From the NCBI GenBank assembly GCA_963801355.1, contig CAWDEM010000004.1, forward strand, positions 384,001 to 448,000: a DNA stretch of 64,000 nt, read 5' to 3'. The position numbers and the translations under genes are program-made. Numbering within the stretch: the stretch's first letter is position 1; each line of letters starts with the position of its first letter. Below, in pieces: positions 18,645-27,912 of the stretch. The notes beneath the pieces are model-generated. The model ran no database searches, was not told the origin of the DNA, and saw only the letters and a program-made list of their open reading frames with translations. The DNA is from Ignavibacteriota bacterium. GTDB lineage: Bacteria; Bacteroidota; Ignavibacteria; UBA10030; UBA6906.

Positions 18645-20936
18645 ATGATGCTGACCGGCTGGCTCTTCGATATGTACCCTTCGTCGCACGGGATCACGCT
18701 CTGGTTCATTGATACCGAGGGGCGCAAGCACCGCGCGTATGACCGGTTCACACCGTCATGTTATTTGCACCTGACGGAACGGGATACCGACCGCGTTGCC
18801 GCACTCCTGCGTGCATTTCCCTTCCCGATTCACCTCAGCCGGGAAACACGGCGGGAGGTGTATGCCAACCAGGATTGGGATGTCCTCCGGCTTTCCATCG
18901 GCAGCACGCTGCACTTCAAGAAGGTTATTCAGCGGTTGGAGCATCACCTGCCGCATTTTGTGTTCTTCAACTCCGATATTGCCCCGCAGCAGCTTTATCT
19001 CTACGAGAGCGGGCTGTTTCCCCTTGCCTACGGCGACTACGACATCACCACGGAAGGGTGGTTGGCCGGCTGGACACTGCATGACGCGGCTGACGCGCCG
19101 GAGTATGTGCTGCCGCCGCTGACGACACTGACGCTCAAGAACCGGCCTGATGTGGTTTCTCCGAAATACCGCAAACTTCTGCAGCTGGAGGTCTCCTACG
19201 ACGGTACCACGTATGCACTGGAGAGCCATGCACCGGAGGATGTTCTTGCTGCACTCGCGCGGCATCTCCAGCGATGCGATCCGGACATCATTCTCACGGA
19301 ATATGGCGATGCTGTCCTCCTGCCGTTGCTGGCACGTCTTGCCGGCGAACACCACATGCCGTTACCGCTCAACCGCGACACCACCATGGGGTACAGCACA
19401 ACTGCACAGTCCAGCTACTTTGCCTACGGCAAGATCGTCCATAGGGATGGGGCCTTTGAACTGGCCGGCCGCTGGCATCTGGATACCGAGAATTCGTTCA
19501 TGATGGGCGAAGCCAGCCTCGATGGTGTTGCCGAAATCGCGCGTCTGACACAACTGCCGGTGCAGCACCAGTCGCGATCCACCATCGGTACCGCATTGTC
19601 TTCCATGCAACTTTCCTGGGCGCACCGTAACGGGTACCTCATTCCGGCGCGCAAACGGGAGCCCGAAGATTTCAAACCGGCGGATCTCCTGCTGCTGGCG
19701 GACCGGGGCGGGCTGATTTTTCAGCCGGAAATGGGATATCACGAGCAGGTAGCAGAGATGGACTTCGTTTCAATGTATCCGACGATTATGGTGGCGCACA
19801 ATGTTTCACCGGAGACAGTGAACTGCCGTTGTTGCCGGAACGAAGCGGTGCCGGAACTACATTACACCATCTGCGAACGTCGCGAAGGCATTGTGCCGGC
19901 GACATTGCGCACGGTGGTGCACAAACGGGGCATCTATAAGAAAGAGAAGAAACGTTTGAAAGCATTGGGCGATGCCCGGTGGACGCTGTATGACCGCCGG
20001 CAAAATGCGCTCAAATGGATGCTGGTCACCTGCTTCGGCTATCTGGGATACAAAAATGCCCGGTTTGGACGTATTGAAGCTCATGAAGCGGTCAATGCCT
20101 TCTCCCGCGATGCCATCCTGCGGGCCAAGGAAATCGCCGAGGGACATGGATTTCATTTCATTCATGCTATTGTGGATTGCATGTGGCTGCACCGGCCGGG
20201 GGCGACCGAAGCTGACTATGAAGCGCTCGCACAAGAGGTAAGCGGCGCCGTCGGCATCGACATTTCCCTTGAGGGCATCTACAACTGGATTCTCTATCCG
20301 TCCTCCAAAATGGATCCCCGTATTCCCACAGCCAACCGCTATGTCGGGTGGTATACGAACAACGAGATCAAAATCCGCGGTATCGAGATCCGGCGCCGGG
20401 ATACACCGGTATTCATTAAGCACCTTCAGGGGGAGATGCTCAAGATCATGGGTGAGGCAAAAGACCTACGGGCGCTTGAAGCGGCGGTGCCGGCAACGCT
20501 CGCCAAGGCGAAGGAGTGGATTGATCTGTTGCGGTCCGGGAGGGCGGATCCGCTGCAGCTTGTTGTGCGCCGCCATCTTTCACAGGAGGCCGGTGAGTAC
20601 GCCAACAGGAGCGCGAATGCCATTGTGGCGCAGGCGCTGGAAGAAGCCGGAGTGCATCTCGCTCCCGGGGAAAGCGTCGAATACATCATCATCGACGCCA
20701 CGGGGAAACGGAACCCGGAGAAAGCCAAAGCGGTCGCGCTCTATTCGCTGGATGACGGCTACGACATTGAAAAATACACGGACATGGCGCTCAAAGCGGT
20801 CGAAACACTGCTGTTTCCGTTCGGCTATGATGCCGGAAAGCTACGTGAACTCTGGTGTCCTGTTCCCCGGCGCACACAGCGCAAGCGGCCGGCAGAGCCG
20901 ATATCGCAGCAGCAGGAACTGTTTTGCTCCGGCTGA
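18645..20936 (+). CDS. Family B DNA polymerase, PolB2-type
   Basis: Motif A DFVSMYPTIM..NVSPET, motif B QNALKWMLVTCFGYLG, altered motif C HAIVDC (vs YGDTDS), KIRGIEIRRRD; no recognisable Exo motifs. Confidence 0.88.
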   Translation: MMLTGWLFDMYPSSHGITLWFIDTEGRKHRAYDRFTPSCYLHLTERDTDRVAALLRAFPFPIHLSRETRREVYANQDWDVLRLSIGSTLHFKKVIQRLEHHLPHFVFFNSDIAPQQLYLYESGLFPLAYGDYDITTEGWLAGWTLHDAADAPEYVLPPLTTLTLKNRPDVVSPKYRKLLQLEVSYDGTTYALESHAPEDVLAALARHLQRCDPDIILTEYGDAVLLPLLARLAGEHHMPLPLNRDTTMGYSTTAQSSYFAYGKIVHRDGAFELAGRWHLDTENSFMMGEASLDGVAEIARLTQLPVQHQSRSTIGTALSSMQLSWAHRNGYLIPARKREPEDFKPADLLLLADRGGLIFQPEMGYHEQVAEMDFVSMYPTIMVAHNVSPETVNCRCCRNEAVPELHYTICERREGIVPATLRTVVHKRGIYKKEKKRLKALGDARWTLYDRRQNALKWMLVTCFGYLGYKNARFGRIEAHEAVNAFSRDAILRAKEIAEGHGFHFIHAIVDCMWLHRPGATEADYEALAQEVSGAVGIDISLEGIYNWILYPSSKMDPRIPTANRYVGWYTNNEIKIRGIEIRRRDTPVFIKHLQGEMLKIMGEAKDLRALEAAVPATLAKAKEWIDLLRSGRADPLQLVVRRHLSQEAGEYANRSANAIVAQALEEAGVHLAPGESVEYIIIDATGKRNPEKAKAVALYSLDDGYDIEKYTDMALKAVETLLFPFGYDAGKLRELWCPVPRRTQRKRPAEPISQQQELFCSG

Positions 20937-21069
20937 CATCGTGCGTGGCGCACGCAGCATGACGGATGTGCGACGAAACGCCATCCTGCTGCGATGAGAT
21001 GTGTTTCTCCTGCTGCAGACGACATGGTCATTCGCGTCCCGGCGTCGTCCATGAGATATAAGACACCTC

Positions 21070-21537
21070 ATGGAGGGTACAATGAAAACCCTGTACGTTG
21101 TGTGCGTTGCCGCTGGAATGCTGGCGGCAGAAGCGAGGGGAGGTGGCACGGATCTGGTCCTGAAGGATACGGTGCTGCGCACCTGTGCCCCGGTGGCTGC
21201 ATACCGTGCCATGAATGTCATCCGGTATCAGCCCGCATGCGTCATATCGTTGCGGCACCCGATTGAGGGTGTTGTGGAATGCGCATTGCGGGACGCAATG
21301 TTGCTGAAGATCGCACGGCCCGCCGTCGATGTGCCGGACATCAAAAGGGAAATTGATCAGCTTGTATCCGAGGGCGCCAGTCCGGTGATCCGGTACAAAG
21401 CGTGGCTTGTGAAGCAGGTCTATGAGGAACCCGAGATATTTGCTGATGAAGCCGGCGCGAATTTCTACACTGCGGAAGAGGCGTTCACCGCGGTTGCCCG
21501 GAGGCTTGAGCAGCGCCTGCTGATCGCGCGGCAATAG
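21070..21537 (+). CDS. Hypothetical secreted protein
   Basis: Signal-like MKTLYVVCVAAGMLAAEA; ORF fits an intergenic gap. Confidence 0.55.
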   Translation: MEGTMKTLYVVCVAAGMLAAEARGGGTDLVLKDTVLRTCAPVAAYRAMNVIRYQPACVISLRHPIEGVVECALRDAMLLKIARPAVDVPDIKREIDQLVSEGASPVIRYKAWLVKQVYEEPEIFADEAGANFYTAEEAFTAVARRLEQRLLIARQ

Positions 21538-21576
21538 CCGGTGGCTGCAGCCATTGCGATAATCAACCCGACGGCA

Positions 21577-22824
21577 TCACGCCGAACGGTTCTGCAGCGC
21601 GGACGGTGTCCGGGGCGAGGAGAGGAGCTCGCGGAAGAGCTGCCAACGTCGCCCCGGATTGTCCGGCGTGCCCCCGCGGCTCTCGATCGCCTGCTGCACA
21701 AGATCCTGGCCGAGGTTGTAGTTGATCACGTAGCTCCGGTACTTGTCGAAGAAATGTGTGCGTTGCCCGGCCCTGTCAGGCGACATCAGTGCGTAGTGCA
21801 CCAGCCATCGCGCCGCCTGCTCCCGTGTGATCCGGCCGTCAAGATATCGCCGCGCGGCTTCATTACCCGCGTAGGCAAGACGTTGGAACAGCGCATGCAC
21901 CGCGTAGTAGTGCTCCGCCTCCGCCGGATTGAGACCGGCAAGTGGAAACAGGACATCTCTCTCAAACGCAATCCGCTCGCGATCCGGGAACGCCATCATG
22001 ATGCCAAAGTTCGCCGTCCCTTCTGCTACAAGTGACTGCGGGCTGAAAAGCGCGTAGACCGTAAACTCCCGCCATCCACGCCCGCGGGCGAGAACCAGCT
22101 CAAGCATACTGTTGTACACGTGGTGTCCCGGGTATCCCTCGTGACAGGCAAGATCCACCGCCCGGTCGATCGTGATCGGGAAATCCACGTTTACCTGGAT
22201 GACACTCGTGGCATTGCCTTTGTACCAGTTGTATCCGCTCCATGATTTGCCGGTAACGTATTCCACGGTGAACCGTTCGCCGGGAGGCAGGGGCAGGTGC
22301 ACGGCGCTCCGTGCCCGTCCCTCCGCAATTGCGGCGTTGAAGACTGCAGACACGTTCTCCGGCGGAATGACGAAACGTTGTTTGAAACGCTCATAGCGTT
22401 CGTGGACCTCGCCGGATCCGGGGAGGAGATTTCCCACGTTGTTCACGAGTGACACAAAATGCTCCTCGGAATACTCCGGCGGCTGCACAGTATACAGCGC
22501 AACAGCCTCTTCATCGAATGAATAAGGCACGCCCTGCAACATCCGCGTCCGTGCAACAACGGCCGCGATCTGGTGACGGAGATACTGCAGGCGAAGCAGA
22601 TCCATGGCGTCTCCCGCCGCCGTCGGCGTTGCATCCACTGCGGCGAGAAGCGCGCTTCCCCGTTCATTGATCAGCGCCAGCCCCTGATGTTCCCGCCCCG
22701 CCTCAACCAGCCAGTCATCGGGGCCAAAATACGCATCGACGTAGTCGGCATCGTGCTGCCCGAGAGCAAGAACAAGGCGCACATAGCGCTCGGCAATCTG
22801 ATCGAGGTCATGAAGGGTGGGCAT
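21577..22824 (-). CDS. DUF885-like putative metallopeptidase
   Basis: ACHEGYPGHH zinc motif, AEGTANF, Y..NY..G. Confidence 0.65.
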   Translation of the reverse strand: MPTLHDLDQIAERYVRLVLALGQHDADYVDAYFGPDDWLVEAGREHQGLALINERGSALLAAVDATPTAAGDAMDLLRLQYLRHQIAAVVARTRMLQGVPYSFDEEAVALYTVQPPEYSEEHFVSLVNNVGNLLPGSGEVHERYERFKQRFVIPPENVSAVFNAAIAEGRARSAVHLPLPPGERFTVEYVTGKSWSGYNWYKGNATSVIQVNVDFPITIDRAVDLACHEGYPGHHVYNSMLELVLARGRGWREFTVYALFSPQSLVAEGTANFGIMMAFPDRERIAFERDVLFPLAGLNPAEAEHYYAVHALFQRLAYAGNEAARRYLDGRITREQAARWLVHYALMSPDRAGQRTHFFDKYRSYVINYNLGQDLVQQAIESRGGTPDNPGRRWQLFRELLSSPRTPSALQNRSA

Positions 22825-22841
22825 AGCATTCTCCTGTGCCG

Positions 22842-25370
22842 TTACATCATTCCGACGGGATCGACATCGACAATCACCTGCACATGCGCGGTGCGCGCGG
22901 GCGGGCGTTCGATGGTTGCCTGCAATCGTGTCCGCGTCAGTGACCCCGAGGGATCGCTCTGCTTAGGCACACGCAGGATCACATGCCAGCGAAACTGCTT
23001 CTTGATTCTGGCGATGACCGCAGGTGCAGGACCAAGCACTTCAAAGGGCCCTGGGGGATCCCGCAAAGCCGCGGCAATCCTTTCGGCCGCCGTGCGCACG
23101 GCATCCTCGTTTTCGCCTTTGGTTTCAACCAGGATAAGCCGCGAGAACGGCGGATAGCGCAGTTCTTCGCGCGAGGCGAACTCTTCCCCGAAGAAAGCCC
23201 GGTAGTCGTGATCGATGATGTGCGTGAGCGTCCGGTGGCCGGGTTGAGCTGTTTGTATGATCACTTCGCCGTGCAGACGGCTGCGCCCCGCCCGGCCGGC
23301 TACCTGCGTGAGGAGCTGAAACGTTCGCTCGGATGAACGGAAATCGGGCAAAAGCATCTGTGTATCGGCGGATATCACGCCGACCAGCGTGACATGAGGG
23401 AAGTCCAATCCTTTTGCAACCATCTGCGTTCCGAGAAGAATATCCGCTTCGCCGTTGCCGAACTTCCGGAGAATCCGGTCGTGCGATCCTTTCCGGGTCG
23501 TCGTGTCGAGATCCATGCGGAGCACCCGTATGCCCGGAAACGTCGCCACAAGTTCCTCTTCAACCCGCTGGGTGCCCATGCCATGCAACGCGATGTCCGG
23601 GCTCGCACATGAAGGACATACGGTATACGGGGGGCGCACGTGACCGCAGTAATGACACCGGAGATGACGCTTGGCAAGGTGGTAGGTCAGCGAGACCTGA
23701 CAATCATCGCACATTGCGACGTAACCGCAATCGGGGCAGGAGACGTAGGGCGCAAACCCCCGGCGGTTCTGCAACAGGATGATGCCTTCTTTCTTCTGAA
23801 GCCGCAGGGCGATCTGCTCGCGCAGCCGGGCGGAAAGTGCGGAGTGCTGAAAGTGACGGAGCCCGCTCCGCTCATCGGGGGGAAGGGAAGTCTTGAGTTG
23901 AAGATACGCCTGGCGGTGTTCCGCTGTCATGTCAACCAGATCGACCGTCGGCAGGACGGCGTCGTCTGCGCGTTCCGGCATCTCCAGCAAGGTGAATTTC
24001 CCCTGGAGTGCATTTGCGTACGACTCCAGCGAGGGTGTTGCCGAGCCGAGCAGCACGACGGCATTTTCCTGCTGTCCGCGCATGATCGCGACGTCCCGCG
24101 CGTGATAGCGCGGCGTTGCATCATATTGTTTGTAAGACGCCTCATGCTCCTCGTCTACAACGATCAGGCCTACATCCAGCAACGGTGCAAAAAGGGCGGA
24201 GCGCGGTCCGATGATGATGCGACATGCCCCCTCACGCGCAAGACGCCAGACGTCACTCCGCTCTCCGGCAGTCATGCGGCTGTGGACCACCTGAGCATGA
24301 TTGCCAAAATGGCTCTTGAAGCGCCGGACGATCTGCGGTGTCAGAGAAATCTCCGGAACCAGAACGACAGCACTCCCTCCCCGCTCAAGGCAACGACGGA
24401 TGCATTCAATGTACACCTGGGTCTTTCCGCTTCCCGTCACACCATGGAGGAGGAATGTGTGGGGACGGTGCGCCTCCAGCGCTGCGGCAATACAGTCAAA
24501 CACCTGTTGCTGCGCGGCATTGAGGGTAATCGAGAGCGTCCGTTGTTCCGTCTCATATTCCTGGGTCCGGGCAACCGCGCGCCGTGCAATGTGCAGCAAA
24601 CCCGAACGAGTGAAGGGCGTGCATACTGCGGTCGATGTGCCGGACTGTTTGACCAGGTCGAGCAGGTCGGCTTCGCGGTCACCGCGTGCTTGCAGCCGGC
24701 TGACCATTTCGAGGAATTGCCTTGCCCTGACCCTCCGGGGTGGCAACCCGGCAATGGTCCGCTGGAGTGCCTGTACGTCGAGTCGTTCCAGGTCGATAAA
24801 ATCCCGTTCTTTGGCCCGCCCTTTGGGTCGTGGGAGGATCTCTTCCGAAACCACGAAGCCCTCCCGCTCGAGCGCATTCAGAACTGCGTGGATTGTGCGG
24901 ATGCCGCTGATCCGCTTCAGGTCGGCGGCAAACGCCGGTCCGTGTTCAACAAGATGCCGCACGAGGGCATAGCGCCGGGGTGAGCGCAACTTGAATTCGC
25001 CCAACCGCGGATCATCGGGAGCAATGGTAGCGCGCACGTGTCGTTTGCTGGTACTTCCGAAGCCGTGGGGGAGTGCTGTGCGCAGGACCTCATTGAGCGG
25101 CGCAAGATAGTACTCGGCAATCCAGCGGCACAGAGAGAGCAGGGCAGGCGAAAAGGACGGGCTGACATCAAGGACGTCAACGAGCGGCTTCAGTCCGGAG
25201 AATGATGATGCGCCCGGCAGGCCGACGACGAGGCCAACGGCATACTTGCGTCCAAACGGGACCAGCACCCTGCAGCCCACCGACATGGTAGCCTGAAGCT
25301 CGTCGGGGACGAGATAGGTAAAGGCCCTGTCCGGGCCGGAGGGAATGACAACATCGGCGAACCGGAGCAT
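22842..25370 (-). CDS. priA: Primosomal protein N' (replication-restart helicase)
   Basis: GVTGSGKTQVY, VPEISLTPQ, DEEHE.SYKQ, NRRGFAP, CxxC zinc motifs, GTQMVAKGLDF, QVAGRAGR, DVDP. Confidence 0.96.
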   Translation of the reverse strand: MLRFADVVIPSGPDRAFTYLVPDELQATMSVGCRVLVPFGRKYAVGLVVGLPGASSFSGLKPLVDVLDVSPSFSPALLSLCRWIAEYYLAPLNEVLRTALPHGFGSTSKRHVRATIAPDDPRLGEFKLRSPRRYALVRHLVEHGPAFAADLKRISGIRTIHAVLNALEREGFVVSEEILPRPKGRAKERDFIDLERLDVQALQRTIAGLPPRRVRARQFLEMVSRLQARGDREADLLDLVKQSGTSTAVCTPFTRSGLLHIARRAVARTQEYETEQRTLSITLNAAQQQVFDCIAAALEAHRPHTFLLHGVTGSGKTQVYIECIRRCLERGGSAVVLVPEISLTPQIVRRFKSHFGNHAQVVHSRMTAGERSDVWRLAREGACRIIIGPRSALFAPLLDVGLIVVDEEHEASYKQYDATPRYHARDVAIMRGQQENAVVLLGSATPSLESYANALQGKFTLLEMPERADDAVLPTVDLVDMTAEHRQAYLQLKTSLPPDERSGLRHFQHSALSARLREQIALRLQKKEGIILLQNRRGFAPYVSCPDCGYVAMCDDCQVSLTYHLAKRHLRCHYCGHVRPPYTVCPSCASPDIALHGMGTQRVEEELVATFPGIRVLRMDLDTTTRKGSHDRILRKFGNGEADILLGTQMVAKGLDFPHVTLVGVISADTQMLLPDFRSSERTFQLLTQVAGRAGRSRLHGEVIIQTAQPGHRTLTHIIDHDYRAFFGEEFASREELRYPPFSRLILVETKGENEDAVRTAAERIAAALRDPPGPFEVLGPAPAVIARIKKQFRWHVILRVPKQSDPSGSLTRTRLQATIERPPARTAHVQVIVDVDPVGMM

Positions 25371-25393
25371 GAAGATACTCCCTCTACAGCTTC

Positions 25394-26014
25394 TTACCTT
25401 GTAAGGACGCCAAGTTGATGCAGCGCCGTGCGAAGTTGTTCCGGATCCACGAACCTCACCGCCCGCAGCCCGAGCTTCGCGGCCGCGTCGACATTCCCCT
25501 GAATATCGTCAATATACGCACACTCTTCCGGCGGGAGCCGCAGCTTCCGCAGCATATCGTTGTAGGTCGCCGGGGAGGGCTTCATGGCCCCGACCTCAAA
25601 GGAGAGTGTCACCGCATCGAACAGGGGGAAAATATCCAGCGGGCGGATGCAGCGGAGATAATGCCACTCGTTCGTGTTGGAAAGGAGGCCGAGTTTATGC
25701 GTCTGTTTCAGCGCACGGACCAGCGCAAAGGACTCCGCGATAGGGCTGAAGATGCCCGTATACGCATGTATGAAATCATCGCGACTGATCGTAATGCCGG
25801 CGAGCGCACACAGACGTTCGAAGAACTGATCGGAAGTGACTGTTCCCGTTTCGTATTGCACCGCAAGTGTGTTGATGCCGGGCATCACCGCCCGCAGCTC
25901 GTCAGGCGTTCTCCCGCTCTTCCGTGACAGGCCCGCGATGAACAGGGAGACGTCGAAGTTGCAGATGACGTTGCCGAAATCGAAGATCACCGCTTCCAGC
26001 TTCCGGTCAGCCAT
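25394..26014 (-). CDS. HAD-superfamily phosphatase (YihX-like)
   Basis: IFDFGNV, LLSNTN, MKP, YIDD..GNV. Confidence 0.85.
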   Translation of the reverse strand: MADRKLEAVIFDFGNVICNFDVSLFIAGLSRKSGRTPDELRAVMPGINTLAVQYETGTVTSDQFFERLCALAGITISRDDFIHAYTGIFSPIAESFALVRALKQTHKLGLLSNTNEWHYLRCIRPLDIFPLFDAVTLSFEVGAMKPSPATYNDMLRKLRLPPEECAYIDDIQGNVDAAAKLGLRAVRFVDPEQLRTALHQLGVLTR

Positions 26015-27110
26015 GCGTTTGTCCCGGAAGTGCACGCGGGACGATCACCGGTTCCATCTCCAGCGTCACCCCGAAGGCAGCGGAGACGCCCGCTCGTATT
26101 TCCTCTGCCAGCGCCAGCAGCTCGCGCGAAGAGCCGGTATAGTTCACCAGGGCCAGGGCGTGTTTCGACGAGATGCCGACGCCGCCGCGCCGCAGGCCCT
26201 TCGGGAAACCCGCATGCTCCACGAGCCAGGCAGCGGGGAGTTTTACGCCTTCGGGGGTGTCATAGGACGGGATTGCCGAGATGTTGCCGGAAGTCCTCCA
26301 GCGAGTCTGGAGAGCGGTGAAGGCGGCATGGGGCACGACGGGGTTCGTGAAAAAAGAACCGGCGGAACGGGAATCGGGATCTTCGGGATTGAGCACCATG
26401 CCCTTTGCGGCTCTCAGGCGAAGCACGGTGTTCCGTGTCTGCAGCAGCGTCGGTGCCAGGGTCGCCTGCGGCTCCGGCCCCATGTCCCGTGCAATTGCGC
26501 GGGCAAGCTCGGGATAGCGGATAGCGGAGAACGGAATCACCGGGAGGTCAAACTCCACTCCGGTCAGGATGTACCTGCCCGCATCGGTTCCCTTGAACCG
26601 GCTCCGGCGGTATCCGAATTCACATTCCCCGGCAGTGAACGACACGGTGTGCAGCGTCGTCCGGTCAAGTGCGTGGACCGCCGTGACGGTGTCGGCCACT
26701 TCCTGTCCGTATGCACCGACATTCTGCACCGGTGTTGCACCTGCGGTTCCGGGGATGCCCGAAAGGCACTCCAGGCCACCGAGGCCGCGTTGGACGCACG
26801 CTGCGACGACAGCGTCCCATTGTTCGCCTCCCGCGGCGTACACGCTGCAGCGGGCACCGTGCTCTGTAAAGTCGATGCCGCGCGATATCAGATGAAGCAC
26901 GACGCCCGGAAATCCCTCGTCCGTCACCACCATGTTACTGCCGCCGCCGAGGAGAAGGAGCGGCAGGTGCTGTTCACCGGCGAAGGAGATCCCCGTGCGG
27001 AGATCTTCAAGTTCGGAGCAGTCCATGAAATAGCGCGCGGGTCCGCCCAGACCGAGCGTTGTGTACCGCGCCAGAGGCACCTGTTCCAGGATGTGGGGAT
27101 GTGCAATCAT
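26007..27110 (-). CDS. murB: UDP-N-acetylenolpyruvoylglucosamine reductase
   Basis: LGGGSN, GIPGTAGATPVQNVGAYG, FGYRRS.FK, SAGSFFTNP, SSKHALALVN, LEMEP. Confidence 0.95.
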   Translation of the reverse strand: MIAHPHILEQVPLARYTTLGLGGPARYFMDCSELEDLRTGISFAGEQHLPLLLLGGGSNMVVTDEGFPGVVLHLISRGIDFTEHGARCSVYAAGGEQWDAVVAACVQRGLGGLECLSGIPGTAGATPVQNVGAYGQEVADTVTAVHALDRTTLHTVSFTAGECEFGYRRSRFKGTDAGRYILTGVEFDLPVIPFSAIRYPELARAIARDMGPEPQATLAPTLLQTRNTVLRLRAAKGMVLNPEDPDSRSAGSFFTNPVVPHAAFTALQTRWRTSGNISAIPSYDTPEGVKLPAAWLVEHAGFPKGLRRGGVGISSKHALALVNYTGSSRELLALAEEIRAGVSAAFGVTLEMEPVIVPRALPGQTHG

Positions 27111-27128
27111 TGTTTCACGTGTACGGCG

Positions 27129-27908
27129 TCAGCTCTTTCTGTGCACATGATGCACGGATGCCTGGGCTGTGGGCATGACGATGACTTCCGCGATGTCGAC
27201 ATGGGGCGGCCGCGTGACGCAAAAGAGCACGACGTCAGCAATGTCGTCAGGTCCCAGCGGTTTCATGTTCACGTACGTGTGCGCTGCCCGTTGCGCATCC
27301 CCGTGAAATCGTACGAGGCTGAACTCGGTTTCGACTAATCCGGGATCGACGGAACAGACACGGACACCGGTGCCGAGCAGATCCATCTTCAGGCCTTCCG
27401 TCAACGCCTTCACGGCATGTTTGGTTGCGCAATACACATTACCGTTGGGATAGACCTGATGTCCGGCGATGGACCCGATATTGACGACGTGGCCCGTGCC
27501 GCGTTGCACCATCCAGGGAACCACCGTCCGTGAGACATACAGAAGTCCCTTGATATTGGTGTCGATCATCTCTTCCCAGTCCTGCACGTCGCCTTCATGC
27601 AGCTTGTGGAAACCGCGCGCAAGGCCGGCATTGTTGATGAGAACGTCGATCCGGCGCCACTCTTCAGGAAGAGCGCCGAATGCGGCGTCGACCTGTGCGC
27701 GGTCGCGCACATCAAGCGGAGCGGTGCGAACGCGGACAGCGTACCGGCGCGTGAGTTCCTCCGCCAGCACATCCAGCCGTTCCTTCCTGCGGGCAAACAG
27801 GAGAAGTGAGGCCCCTTCGGCGGCGAACGCTCTGGCGCACGATGCGCCGATGCCGCTGCTGGCGCCCGTGATGCATGCAAGAGTATTGTCCATGCGTTTC
27901 ATAGTCAT
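27129..27908 (-). CDS. NADP-dependent SDR oxidoreductase (YdfG-like)
   Basis: TGASSGIG, NNAG, GSIAG, YCATK, PGLVETEFS. Confidence 0.9.
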   Translation of the reverse strand: MTMKRMDNTLACITGASSGIGASCARAFAAEGASLLLFARRKERLDVLAEELTRRYAVRVRTAPLDVRDRAQVDAAFGALPEEWRRIDVLINNAGLARGFHKLHEGDVQDWEEMIDTNIKGLLYVSRTVVPWMVQRGTGHVVNIGSIAGHQVYPNGNVYCATKHAVKALTEGLKMDLLGTGVRVCSVDPGLVETEFSLVRFHGDAQRAAHTYVNMKPLGPDDIADVVLFCVTRPPHVDIAEVIVMPTAQASVHHVHRKS

Positions 27909-27912
27909 CAGC

